DNA of 64,000 nucleotides from Octopus sinensis (GCF_006345805.1 NC_042997.1:130200001-130264000), one strand, 5' to 3'; numbered from the stretch's first letter, positions 1 through 13,014 are shown. Notes: generated by a model from the letters alone, not told the origin. Program-made: numbers and translations.

Positions 1-714
1 TAAAGTTACAATAATCTAGGACAGTTAGCCTCTGCTAAAAAGTCTCAAAACATTTTGTAAGTTTCATGGAGCTGACCAGACAAACTTGTTCTGACTTGTT
101 CACCTCTTTATTCCTGTACTCTACTGAAAATCATTTCTGTTGTATCTAATCCGTGATATGATAACAGCATTCTCTCACCTGGTCTTTATCTTATTTCCTC
201 TATTCCAAGGTATTTGAGGCATAGCTTACTGATAAAATATAATTTTGTCTTGCCTTTCAAAAAAATTTTTTTTTTCAAAACTCAAATGTATCGAAATAAA
301 AATGTTAATTTATTTGATTAAATATTGAAAGCCTGTAAGAGAAAATGCTTAATTAGTAACTAACATTAATAGGAAGAACTGGTACTAATTTACATAATTT
401 TCTAGTCTATTTTTTTATATATAATCTCTTGTACTAACTGCAGCAAAGTAAACAGGATATCATCGTTACAGTTGATTCCTTAAGACTTCAAATGTTTTTT
501 AAGTATCTCATTTTATTAGTATCATATTTTATATCTTCACACCAACATTTTGCTCATCATACTTTGTATACAGAGTCATTTCCAGTTTTAGAACAATCTA
601 AATATCGAATCTTTTTCCAGCCTCAAAATAAAACCTAACCAATCTTTCCACAATGGCATTTTAAAAAAGGGAAGAAACTGGCAAACTACTTTGAAATATT
701 TTATTTTATATCAT

Positions 715-1075
715 GTGTGGAAGTGGCTCTGTGGTAAGAAATTTGCTTCTCTGTCACATGATTCCAGGTTCAGTTCCACTGTATGGCACCTTGGGCAAGT
801 GTCTTCTACTCTAGCCTCAGACTAACCAAAGCCTTGTGAGTGGATTTGATCAACTAAAACTAAAAGAAGCCTGTTGTACATATGTGTATATATATATATT
901 GTGTGTGTATATGCATGAGTCTTTGTATCTGGATTTATCCGCCACCACCACCACCACCACCACCACTTGACAGCTGGTGTTTGTGTGGTTACATCCCCAT
1001 AACTTAGCATTTCAACAACAGACTGATAGAGTAAGCGCCAGAATAGCAAAAATAATAAAGTACTGGTGTTGACTT
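715..1075 (+). mobile_element. tRNA-derived SINE, family B (CCTTGGGCAAGTG core)
   Basis: A-box-like GTGGCTCTGTGG and B-box-like GGTTCAGTTCC, then ACCTTGGGCAAGTGTCTTCTAC and an internal TA/TG microsatellite. The same sequence recurs at 35322-35705, with 3' parts near 17290-17480, 19530-19740 and 29450-29620. Confidence 0.8.
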
Positions 1076-1259
1076 AGGTTAACATTGTCTTTTATCTTTG
1101 TGGAGTTGGTTGATAAAATAAAATACCTGTTCAGTACTGTAACTGATTTTATTAACTATTGAAATTTGTGGCCTTGTACTTGTTAGAAATCATTTTGCCA
1201 CAAAACTCAGTAACAATACTTTTATCACCTTTCCTTTAACAATATTAGAATATTATAAA

Positions 1260-1710
1260 GGCACCGAGCTGGCAGAAACGTTAGCATACCAGGTGAAATG
1301 CTTAGCGGTATTTCGTCTGTCTAAGGCGGTGAGCTGGCAGAAATGTTAGCATGCTGGGCGAAATGCGTAGCCATATTTCGTCTGCCGTTACGTTCTCAGT
1401 TCAAATTCTGCCAAGGTCGACTTTGCCTTTCATCCTTTCGGGGTCCATAAATTAAGTACCAGTTACGCACTGGGGTCGATGTAATCAATGTAATCCATTT
1501 GTCTGTCCTTGTTTGTCCCCTCTGTGTGTAGTAAAGAAATAGTAATTTCGTCTGTCTTTACATTCTGAGTTCAAATTCGACTGGGGTCACCTTTGCCTTT
1601 CATCCTTTCAGGGTTGATTAATTAAGTACCAATTGCATACTTGGGTTGATCTAATCAACTGGCCCCCTCCCTGAAAATTTCGTGCCTTGTGCCTAGAGTA
1701 GAAAAGAATA
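1260..1710 (+). mobile_element. tRNA-derived SINE, family A (GGCGGCGAGCTGGCAG head), with duplicated head and body
   Basis: The head GAGCTGGCAGAAAC occurs twice (about 1266 and 1330), followed by B-box-like AGTTCAAATTC. The body GTCGACTTTGCCTTTCATCC...AAGTACCAG occurs twice. Confidence 0.8.
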
Positions 1711-2779
1711 TTAAATTATTATAGATTTTACCCCTTTTTACACTTGTTTCTGTCATTGGACTGTGACCATGCTAGAGCACTGCCTTGGTGAATTCAGTTG
1801 AACAAATTGACCTTAGGACTTATTTTAAATTTGGTATTTATTCTATTGATCTCTTTTGCTGAACCACCAAGAGAGAGAGAGAGATACACGCACACACACA
1901 GTGGGGTTCCATACATTTTCTGTCTTTCAAATTCACTCACAGGGCATTGGTCAACCAAAGGCTATAGTAGAAAACACTTGCCCAAGGTGGGACTAAACTT
2001 GCAACTGTATGGTTACAAAGTACGTTTCTTAACTACACAGCCATTTGCAAATAAAGATGTATTTTTCAGAATCTGTTTAACTTCCTAGATTTCTCTCAGT
2101 GAAGTTCTTAGAATATTTGTGAAGCTTATAAGATTTTTTCATAGTTCTTTGTCACTTGTTTCCTACTAGACTGTCAAACCTTGTGCCTTTTTTAATGTAC
2201 AACAGTTTTTCTGAAACTCAGAAAATTATTTGATAAGCATAGTATCATAATATGTACTCTACCAAGAACATTATAGAGGCTGTTGAGAATGCATCTCAAT
2301 GGCTCTGACTGAAAAGGGAGGATCACTGAGGTCATTAGAATAACTCTTAGATACAGGCTTGGGCTCAATCGGCCTAAGCCGGGTAGCCTGGATGAGGGTG
2401 TATATTATAAGACTTAAAGCACCCATTGACCCCAAAGTACAGCACTGACAACGTATCCCAAATAATTCATTTATAGATGTTTGATGAATTATGTCTCCAT
2501 TACGATTTCCATTATTTTTCCATTCAGAGAAACTGATTTTTGTAAAACCAGAAAGAGATTTTAAATATGAACTTTGTTTACTGGTTAAAATATAATAGCT
2601 ATTTGTGATGATATGCATTATATATATATTTACAGGTGTGTTGTTGTGTATGTTGAAGAGTATTGTGTTGAAAGATTTAATGATTCAATGCACAAAGATA
2701 ATATCAAAATTGTGTGAGGATGTATATTATACACAGATGTCTTTATGTTTTTATATATATATACACACACACACACGCA

Positions 2780-2831
<52 letters not shown>

Positions 2832-3369
2832 GACCTGGTGAGGTGGTTCTGGCACATCAAAACTCATTTAATCTAGAGGAGTGCAGGATGCTTCATATGG
2901 TAATTTATTCTATTCTTCAGTTGGTGTTTAAAATGTCGAAAAATAAATGATCAATTCCAAGTTGTTCAGTGACATTTTTGTGGCAAGAATAACCATTTCA
3001 AAAAATCTACAGAATATTCTGATTCATGAATTTCAAGGAAATCTTTTGCTTCTCTGAGAAATTGTCAGCAGTTCTTTTATTCAATGTAATCAGAACAGTT
3101 TATTTTGGAAGATTGCCTTTGTGAAATATTTGATTGTATTTAGAATTGAGAGGCCTCAAAATATACCTAATTAATGTAGAAATTTAAGCAGAAAAGAAAA
3201 CAGGGCTGTGTGCCCTCATGGAAGTAACAGTATGCAATAATTGAAGTAAGTACTGTGAACCTATTACACAGTACTTGATACACAGGTCATTGCAAGAGAT
3301 ACAGTAGAATCACAAATAGGCGGGCAGAGATGAAAGACTTCTATGTTGTAGATATACAGGAGAAGTTAA

Positions 3370-3955
3370 AATTAAGAGCATCGAGGAAGTAAATTCTTTC
3401 AAATGTTTGGACCAATTTGTAGAAATATTTGATAGTGCTTTAATTAGCAATGGAGGCAGGTGCTCTGAAAGGTCAGTAGCCAGCATAAAAACAATGTGGA
3501 AAACTGACAACAAAAGAAGTGTCTGAATAGAGAGCAAATTTTAGGATGCTTGCGTAGAATGTGCAGTTTTACATGATGTATCACCCAATAAATGTGAAAG
3601 TCAGAAAGAAATGAAGCATGTTCTGATGGATGTGTAGTGTTTAGTGTGCATGAACAATATAGCACAAATTAACTTGAAGAAAGTATCAGATAAAAGTGGA
3701 ATTAAATGTAATATGCCAGAGAGAGCACAGTGCCAGTACATGCATGTGATGTGTATGGAGGATAATGGATGAATTAAGAAGTGAGCAATCCAGGTGCAGA
3801 AGAGCAACAATACAGGAAAAACTGAGGAAAGCTGATCTTGAGGCTGAACATCATAAAAGAAATGCTAGAAGGCTTTAACAAATGAGACTACGCCAGACAA
3901 GACTCATCCAACCATGGAAAAGTGAACATAAATGTGATGATGATGATTATGATGA
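3370..3955 (+). mobile_element. Highly decayed 3' fragment of RTE LINE
   Basis: Conceptual peptide remnants (NSFKCLDQ...ISNGGRCSERSVAS; MHVMCMEDN) are colinear with the C-terminus of the 22051-24693 ORF. Ends in catccaaccatggaaaagtgaacataaatgtgatgatgatga, the family's (GAT)n tail. Confidence 0.55.
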
Positions 3956-4212
3956 TGTTTTGTATATAACTTATGACACATTTTGTTATGCAAAAAAAGT
4001 TCCTTTTATTCTAGTAAAAAAAAACTTCTAACAACAATTATTTGATGGCGATATCTTGATATAATGTAATATTAATAATTTAATATCTTTGAAAATTACT
4101 TTAAAAAAACTGATGTTGATTCAGTAGGTTTCATAGAAAGTTAGCATTGCCTGAATACTCTCCTTTGTTTTCACAATCTTTAATGTTTATTGAACCTTAT
4201 TTTCCCTGACAG

Positions 4213-4308
4213 ATGAGTGGCCTTCCCTCACTCCATCCGTAACATTTCCTTGCACAGCTCTTAAAGAGACCTGTTCCCAATTTAACATCACTGCTTTAGT
4301 TCATACAG
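4213..4308 (+). CDS. WDR59: WDR59 coding exon (low-conservation linker), 96 nt, phase 1-1
   Basis: Acceptor ttattttccctgacag| and donor ACAG|gtatgt. Only one frame is open: (D)EWPSLTPSVTFPCTALKETCSQFNITALVHT. Its final G joins CC of the 13611 exon to give Ala, in phase. The peptide has no homology I recognise, so the call rests on splice signals and phase. Confidence 0.6.
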
Positions 4309-5389
4309 GTATGTGACCACTAGAAGACTTATACTTTGCTAAAACTACAGCACCTGCAAGAATTTACTATTGTCTTATTTTTATTTAGTTTTCTAGTTTT
4401 TGTTTTTGTTTTCTTTTTTGTATTAGTTGTGTCTCTAGGGAATGCAACTGGAAACCTTGTTTCATTTCACTGTTGTATCTTGTCTGTGTTTATGTAAACA
4501 TTCCAGGAATACTTGTTTTAGTAAATTTTCCATTTAGGTGTCATTTCTTATCAAATCTTTTATTGTTTGTTTAAGTAAATTTTCCATTTAGATGTCATTT
4601 GTTGTGGTCAAATCTTTTATTGTTTGTTGCCGCCTGCCAGTTTTTTGTTTGTTTTTTTTTTGTTTTTTATGATGTATCAGTAGAGTTTAAAATATTGTGT
4701 TGTCGACTTTTCACTGCTGTCTTCACTTTCATGTTATTGTTGTTTATATTTCTTCCACATTGTTGTCAAAAACAATTATGGCCGTAACTTAATTGATATT
4801 CCTATCTAATAAAAGACCAACAGGACAACATTTTCCTCATTAAAACATAAGCTTACTTTACAGCATTCTTAAATTTTGTAAAACCTCTCATTCTCTACAC
4901 AGGGAATTTTATATTCAACAGGTCGCTCACAGTAGCTTTATTATAATCATTTGTTATACGATAACAGTAGGCATGAACTCTTGAATATAAATGATCTAAG
5001 ATTCATGTCTCAATTAATACGCTATCAGTGAATGGTATCCTTTTCATATGTTCCAAGACAAACCTCTGGTGACTAAACCATGTCCATACAACGTTACTCT
5101 CGCAGTTACTATTGCAAAAATACACCCGTCATTTTGTTTCTCTTACTATGTTTTCTTTATGCACAGTACTCTTACCTCACACTCAATATGTGCAATAGTT
5201 CTAATCACTGCCTCTCCCCAAATTAGTACCTTCTGTATTTCTGTTTCTGACTATAAATCTTCAGTTAAATATATTCAATGAGAATATTATATACTGAATC
5301 TATATTGAGTGCTCTATTGTATCAAAGTATTAATACTATTAAAGTATTTATATATTTAATACGAGTGATTTTATATATATATATATCTT

Positions 5390-5435
<46 letters not shown>

Positions 5436-5481
5436 CTTTATATATATATGTATATATATATATATACATATATATCTTTAT

Positions 5482-5521
<40 letters not shown>

Positions 5522-5524
5522 CTT

Positions 5525-5563
<39 letters not shown>

Positions 5564-5571
5564 CTTTATAT

Positions 5572-5604
<33 letters not shown>

Positions 5605-5631
5605 CTTTATATATTATATATATATATATAG

Positions 5632-5662
<31 letters not shown>

Positions 5663-5673
5663 TGTGTGTGTAT

Positions 5674-5940
5674 AAATTAGAAAAGAAAACACCTTTTATC
5701 AATTCAAAATGAACAATTAAATTACACCATCTAGAAAATTACATATAATAAAATATTAAAAATAAAATAACAATAATATACCGATGATTTAGTAAATTGC
5801 AAAATAATAATAAAAACGTATGTTATTCTACCAAATATATTGTTATTTTATTTTTAATATTTTATTATATGTAATTTTCTAGATGGTGTAATTTAATTGT
5901 TCATTTTGAATTGATAAAAGGTGTTTTTTTCTTCTAATTT
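5674..5940. repeat. Long inverted repeat (about 100-bp arms, 64-bp spacer)
   Basis: 5690-5774 is the exact reverse complement of 5839-5923 (85 bp). The arms extend with a few differences to 5674 and 5940. Flanked by (TA)n. Confidence 0.95.
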
Positions 5941-7084
5941 CTATATATATATATTATATTTTGTGAAATTTGATTTAGTATTTCTAAATTGAATTTTTCC
6001 CTGTAAGTTAGGAATAATATTCCCTCAAATAATAATTATATATATATATATATTAATAATATATTATTATTAATATTAGGAAATCAATATCAAAACTCCT
6101 CATAAAGATATACACGTGTGAAAAATAATTGTTGTAATAAAGATATATAAATAAATAAATATAAATATGTATAAAAATATATGTAATTATGTATAAGTAT
6201 AAATATATAATGTATATGACAGTTTAAAAGTTTCTGACTATCCAATAGAACTCCAACTATCATAGACTCTACATCATTCAACCAGGCTCTGACATTCCCA
6301 AATTGGTACAGCTGTCAACAAAATGCCTGCAGTATTTAGCTACATCCTTGACATCCTGAGTGTTAATCCAGTGGAGGCTATCATTGCTTTCCATCAAAAT
6401 AAAGAACCAGTCAAAGACTGGGATTGGTTTCTATTGTCTTATAAAGCTCAGATGTGAATGGAATTATAATTGAAACCAGTGTGTTTTTTATGAAGTTGAT
6501 TTACCTGTGTCATTACCATGCTCATCTCTTTCAAAACAATTTATGTGAAGTCAAAATATTATAAGGCCAGCGACTATTATATGAGTATTATAAGGTCACT
6601 GATTGTTATAGTTATTATAAAGTCAACAACTTTGGTAATTATTAAAGAAGAAGGATTATTATATTGTAAATGACTAAATTATTATAAGCTCAGTAATTGA
6701 CTTTATTATTACAAGATCAGTGACGAATATAACTATTCTAAAGTCAATAGTTAGTCCACATTACTCCATAAGAAACATAGGGCTGTCACCATTTTATACC
6801 AGTGGATGCAATCTGGAGCTTCCACCTTGATTTCAGACCAAGAGAAACCAATTGCTCTCACTGCATCCTCCGTACATCCTTTCCAGGTCTTCTTAGGTCA
6901 TCCAACTTTCCTCTTTCCTTCAGGTTGCCAGTCAAACACTTGCCTTGCAATGCTATTTGGAGGTCTCCTTACAGTGTGACTGATGCAGCCCCATTTCCTT
7001 TTCAAAACTTCTTGATTGATGGGAGTTTGGTTTGTTTTAGCCCACAGACTTCTGTTTAAAATTTTGCCTGGCCACCAGATCTTG

Positions 7085-7290
7085 ATAAAGTCAATTAACT
7101 ATGATAATTTTTATGAGATCAAAGATTATAATAATTACGATAAGGTTCTTGATTATCAAAATTATCATAAGATCAACAATTATTCTAATTATTATAAAGT
7201 CAATGATTATTATAATTATTACATGGTCATTAACAATTATAATTATTATAAAATCAAGAACTTTTCTAATCATTATAGTTACTGATTATT
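7085..7290. repeat. Degenerate 27-bp minisatellite
   Basis: The unit resembles attattataaggtcaatgattattata. The track ORF at 7016 shows a 9-aa period (NYYKVNDYY). Looser copies occur at about 6555-6750. Confidence 0.7.
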
Positions 7291-7748
7291 ATAACTTTTC
7301 ATTTCCTTTCTTCTATGTTGCCATGTATAAAATTATTATTATTAGTGTCAAGATAACACATGTTGGAGAGGCAGACATTATAAAGGGCCAGACTTGTGCC
7401 TTTAATTCCCATCCCCAAGGGTCAGTAAAGTATAAAAATATATACTAGAGTTGATACAATTGACTCTTAAACATTCGTTGTAAATTTGTGGCCATGTACT
7501 AATTTTAGAAATATTATTATTATTATTATTACCATTATGAAAATATAAAGAATATGACCATGAAAGGTTTGAATTCCTATGAAATATAATGGCACGCAGA
7601 AAATATTCTCTGTAAGTTCTTGTTTTAAGCACTGTTCTAATTTATCAATATCATTTATTATATCATGAATTTGACATTTAGAAAATATATTTTACCATTG
7701 TTTTAAGCAGCTAATTTTGTTTTGACAGAGTGTATGTATGTATGTATG

Positions 7749-7780
<32 letters not shown>

Positions 7781-7879
7781 AAACTTAGATATGTTTTGAT
7801 CAAAGATTGGTCCAGGCCATGTATCAGCTCAAATTTTCCCTTGTTCAGTTGCATTTTGTTTTTGTGTGCCCATTGACTC

Positions 7880-8250
7880 CACAACATCTAGATCAGACTG
7901 GAGTTGAGTTCAGTCTTCTTCTTCATTGATGATTTGCTGGAGCTTAGTGTCATCAGCAAATATTTTCACTTTGCAGTGATTTATGACACTAGAAAGGTCA
8001 TTTATGTAAATTATAAAGAGGAGCGGGCCCAAGACAGTCCCCTGAGGGACACCACTGGTGACTTTTGCTGGGCTTGAGTGAACTCCATCGACCACAACAT
8101 GTGTTCTATTCGCCAGGAAATACTTAATACAGTGTAGAAGTTTTCCACAGATTCCAACATTTGCCAATTTTGAGAGTAGGATATTATGGTCAACCCTGTC
8201 GAACACTTTACTGAAGTCAAGATATATGACATCAGAGTTCAAACCTGTTC
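7880..8250 (-). mobile_element. CR1/L2-group LINE reverse-transcriptase fragment
   Basis: NSDVIYLDFSKVFDRVDH, SGVPQGTVLGPLLFIIYIND and KIFADDTKL are non-LTR RT motifs, similar to the 44317 ORF. Confidence 0.9.
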
Positions 8251-8632
8251 CCAATAATAAAATCAACATTAATAAAATACTAAAGGTCAGCTTAAGAAAT
8301 TCACATGTGTAGCCAACCATGAAGAACAGACCAATAATAAAATCAACCTGTTCCCAATAATAAAATCAACATTCATCTATATAATATAATTTTATATATA
8401 AATTACTTATATATGTATGTATGTATACCATTTGACTTATAATATAAATGACCACATATTATTTTGGTTGAATCAGTTTCTTGCAACTTCAGACAAGTTG
8501 TAACTGTCATAACTTGCCTGAAGACTCTGTGCACCCACAGGCAAAACTTAGAGTAGCAAAAGACTGATTCAACCAAAATATATTAATCTCTTCTTTGGTA
8601 TTGAGTATTCTTTTATCCAATCCAATAGTCTA

Positions 8633-8669
8633 CACTAAATGGATGGATATATATATATATGTATGTATG

Positions 8670-8760
<91 letters not shown>

Positions 8761-9943
8761 CATTTAAACGGCGGTGCATCAGTATGGCCGCAGCTCTGAG
8801 CTGCAACTAGAATTTATAAAAAAAAAAAAGAATTATATATATATATATTATATATATATATGTATGTATATGTACATATATATTATGAGGTCAGTATTCA
8901 TCTGCTATAAGCATTCTATAAACTTGAAAACTATATAAAGAAATCAACTACATAATTTGTCATATTGTTTTTGGTAAATCGTTTTATAATGCTTACATAT
9001 AGTTAATCATGCTAGATATGTGTAGAGCCATTGTGAAATGTTTATATACAGCTGGGGTGTAATGTGTGCATGTATACACACATTCACAACTGGCTGGTGA
9101 TAGTTTGTATGATTGCCAACATCAAGAAACTGCTCGTGATACAGGTGCATGTAAATTGGGTTAATTCATTCAATACTAACACTCTAACATTTTATTTTTA
9201 TTTTTTTGTCCTCATTTTCACCTTTAGTGTTTGCATGTACAAAGTTATTTTAACATATATTTTTGTATTGTTATATATAACTGGTTTCATGTCAGTTTCC
9301 TGTTTTACCTGTTTCAATTTTAATATCAAGCCCCCACTATTTACTTTGATATATCTATATCTATCTATCTATCTATATATATAAAATTGAAGAAATTGGT
9401 GTCAAGAAGGAGTAGGTTGGACATTTATTTATCATTCACTACAGCTTGGTTATGCACTGTTTGTTTGTATAATGAGATGTAGTTGTGTTTCATCAGGCAA
9501 TATTCGAGTGTTGTCTCTGTTAGTTTAAAATCATCAACTTCAAGGCCATCTCCTATGTTTGTCATGGTTTGAATTTGGTAGTGGCTGATATACTCATGGT
9601 GTGCGCCACGAGAGCACATTTGTCAGACTGTTATGAATGATAGTAGATGGTAATGGCTGGCATTTAAATGCGATGTGTATATATATGTGAGTGCATGTGT
9701 GTGTGTGTATATAGGCATATATATATATATATGTAGGTTTGTATGTGAGAGTATATGTGTGAGTCTGTGTGTATGTGAGTATGTATCCTACCACTGAATA
9801 CTAAAGTCAGCTTAAGAAATTCATGTGCAGCCACCATGAAGAACAGACCAGAGATATAACCATATAGAAGACCAATCCCATTTAAATGCCAGCCAGTACC
9901 ATCTACTACCATAAATGGATGGATATATATATATGTATGTATG

Positions 9944-10003
<60 letters not shown>

Positions 10004-10102
10004 ATCTATATATATATATATATATATATATCATTTAAACGGCGGTGCATCAGTATGGCCGCAGCTCTGAGCTGCAACTAGAATTTATAAAAAAAAAAAA
10101 GA

Positions 10103-10164
<62 letters not shown>

Positions 10165-11210
10165 ATGTACATATATATTATGAGGTCAGTATTCATCTGC
10201 TATAAGCATTCTATAAACTGAAAACTATATAAAGAAATCAACTACATATTTGTCATATTGTTTTTGGTAAATCGTTTTATAATGCTTACATATAGTTAAT
10301 CATGCTAGATATGTGTAGAGCCATTGTGAAATGTTTATATACAGCTGGGGTGTAATGTGTGCATGTATACACACATTCACAACTGGCTGGTGATAGTTTG
10401 TATGATTGCCAACATCAAGAAACTGCTCGTGATACAGGTGCATGTAAATTGGGTTAATTCGTTCAATACTAACACTCTAACATTTTATTTATTATTTTTG
10501 TCCTCATTTTCACCTTTAGTGTTTGCATGTACAAAGTTATTTTAACATATATGTTTTGTATTGTTATATATAACTGGTTTCATGTCAGTTTCCTGTTTTA
10601 CCTGTTTCAAATTTTAATATCAAGCCCCCAACTATTTACTTTGATATATCTATATCTATCTATCTATCTATATATATAAAATTGAAGAAATTGGTGTCAA
10701 GAAGGAGTAGGTTGGACATTTATTTATCATTCACTACAGCTTGGTTATGCAACTGTTTGTTTGTATAATGAGATGTAGTTGTGTTTCATCAGGCAATATT
10801 CGAGTGTTGTCTCTGTTAGTTTAAAATCATCAACTTCAAGGCCATCTCCTATGTTTGTCATGGTTTGAATTTGGTAGTGGCTGATAGACTCATGGTGTGC
10901 GCCACGAGAGCACATTTGTCAGACTGTTATGAATGATAGTAGATGGTAATGGCTGGCATTTAAATGCGATGTGTATATATATATGTGAGTGCATGTGTGT
11001 GTGTATATAGGCATATATATATATATATGTAGGTTTGTATGTGAGAGTATATGTGTGAGTCTGTGTGTATGTGAGTATGTATCCTACCACTGAATACTAA
11101 AGGTCAGCTTAAGAAATTCATGTGCAGCCAACCATGAAGAACAGACCAGAGATATAACCATATAGAAGACCAATCCCATTTAAATGCCAGCCAGTACCAT
11201 CTACTACCAT
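8633..11210. repeat. Direct tandem duplication of about 1.29 kb (8633-9912 / 9913-11210)
   Basis: Near-identical unique sequence in both units. The track has duplicate ORFs at 9064/10357 and 9594/10890 (offsets 1293 and 1296). Confidence 0.9.
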
Positions 11211-11620
11211 TCATAGTCAACAAACATGCTCTTGCGGCATACATCATGGGTCTATCAGCTGCTACTAAATTCAAACCACAATGAACAGAGGAGATGGCCT
11301 TGAAGTTGACAATTTGGAGACAACACTCTCGTATATCACCTGAGGAAACACAACTAGATCTCATTATGCCAACACACAGTTGCATAACCAAATACCTGTA
11401 TTGTTAGAGAACTACGTTGCGTCACAACAATTGTAGCAAATAATAAATAAATGTCCAACCATACTCCTTCTTGACGCCAATTTCTTCAATTTTACATTCA
11501 CACATAATGAATGCCCAAATTTAAACTTGGAAGTATATAATAATACTACCGATAGTACTGGGTAATTCTCAAGGTCGACAAGCTTTATACTGTACTACCA
11601 CATTCCTAACGAAATATAAT

Positions 11621-11691
<71 letters not shown>

Positions 11692-11696
<5 letters not shown>

Positions 11697-12933
11697 GGCT
11701 GGTAAGAAAGTAATTTTGGTTTTTTAGTGTGAAATAAGTTTTTTTTTTTCATACAAAGAATCAACTTTAATCAGTTATATATTTTCCATTTTGTTCGATG
11801 ACTTTTGCCATCTTTCTGGCAACTTCATGATTTCGTGCTCATAGAACTTCTGGTCTTTATCAGCCAAAAACTGAAGCAAGTACAATTTCAGATCCTCATC
11901 ATTATTTAAAGAATTTTGAAAACTTTGAAATGAATGGTAACCTGATCAAGGTTATATGGTGGATGTGACATCACTTCCCAACCATACTCCAATAATTTTT
12001 CACAACTTGGCAAAGACATCTGTTGTCTCATGTTGTCATAGTTGAACACGGTTCCTTTACGATTTGCCAATTCTGGCCATTTTTCTTTGATTGCTTCCTC
12101 TAGTTTCATTAGTTGTTGACAGTAAACATCTGAATTGGTTGGTTGGTTCCTCGGAAGCAGCTCAAAATGCACAACACCTTTGTAATCCTACCAAATTGAT
12201 AGCATGAACTTTGCATGATGCAATTCAGCTTTCGATGTGGTTTGTGCTTGTTCATTACACTTGGACCATGATCCTTTTCAATTGATGTTATTGTAGACAT
12301 TTTTTTTTCATCACCAGTGATGATTCGCTTTAAAAAAAAGGTCGATTCCATTGCGTTTGAGATGCATATCACAAATATTGATTCATTAAGTGAATCTCTT
12401 TCAATTTATGTGGAACCCAAATATCGAGTTCCTTAAATAGTCCAAGACATTTTAAGTGATTTTCAATTGTTGTATGTGATACATTTAACCTCTTTGCAAA
12501 CTCTTGCACAGTCAGATTCAATTATGCTTTGATTCAGTCATCATCAACTTCTGTAGGTCGACCAGAATGTTGGTCATTTGAGTGAAAAATCTCCAGAACA
12601 GAATTTTAAAAACCATTTCTGACATGTGCATTCTGTTAAGCAATCAACACCATAAACTTCACATATCTCTTTGTGAACTTTAGCAGCTTTCTTTCCTTTA
12701 CAGAAATAACAAAGCAAAGTATTGCGAAATTGTTCGTTTTTGCACTACTTATTAAAATTGACATTGAACTAACAGCTGTAAACAAAATTACACACAATTT
12801 GCTTCTAAAGTAAGCTAAAAGTAGCGGCTATCAAATGTCAGAGGAAAAAATCATAACATTCACAAAAGTCATTCAAAAAAATTGTAACTCTATATACTTG
12901 CAAAAACAAAATTACTTTCTTGCCAACCCAATA
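11692..12933 (-). mobile_element. Decayed full-length mariner DNA transposon (about 1.24 kb)
   Basis: TIRs TGTTGGGCTGGTAAGAAAGTAATTTTG at 11692 and reverse-complement TATTGGGTTGGCAAGAAAGTAATTTTG ending at 12933, set in TA tracts. Frameshifted transposase includes ICEVYG..CQKWF, SGRPTEVDDD, RIITGDEK, YDN and HPPYNLD (decayed YSPDL). Confidence 0.93.
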
Positions 12934-12968
12934 TTTAATATATATATATATGCATATATATATATATA

Positions 12969-13014
<46 letters not shown>

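Noticed and set aside
6-56. Possible upstream WDR59 micro-exon (YNNLGQLASAKKSQNI, donor gtaagt at 57)
   Set aside because: The acceptor is at the window edge and cannot be judged. Its phase (2) does not join exon 4213 (phase 1), I found no bridging exon, and the peptide is unrecognised.
1260-1420. tRNA gene candidates at the SINE heads (also 35322, 38340-38407 and 57478)
   Set aside because: They have A/B boxes but no full cloverleaf, continue into repeat bodies and are multi-copy, so they are SINEs rather than tRNA genes.
2271-2618. Minus ORF with a faint GIRxxCxL resemblance to an L1/Tx1 RT motif
   Set aside because: There is no YADD-like motif or other convincing RT motif; the similarity is within chance.
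5278-5692. IY-, SL-, RE- and H-repeat ORFs here and at 2605, 8595, 12835, 18775, 25228-26514, 40550-41169 and 55160
   Set aside because: They are translations of (TA)n, (CT)n and (CA)n microsatellites, with no coding signal.
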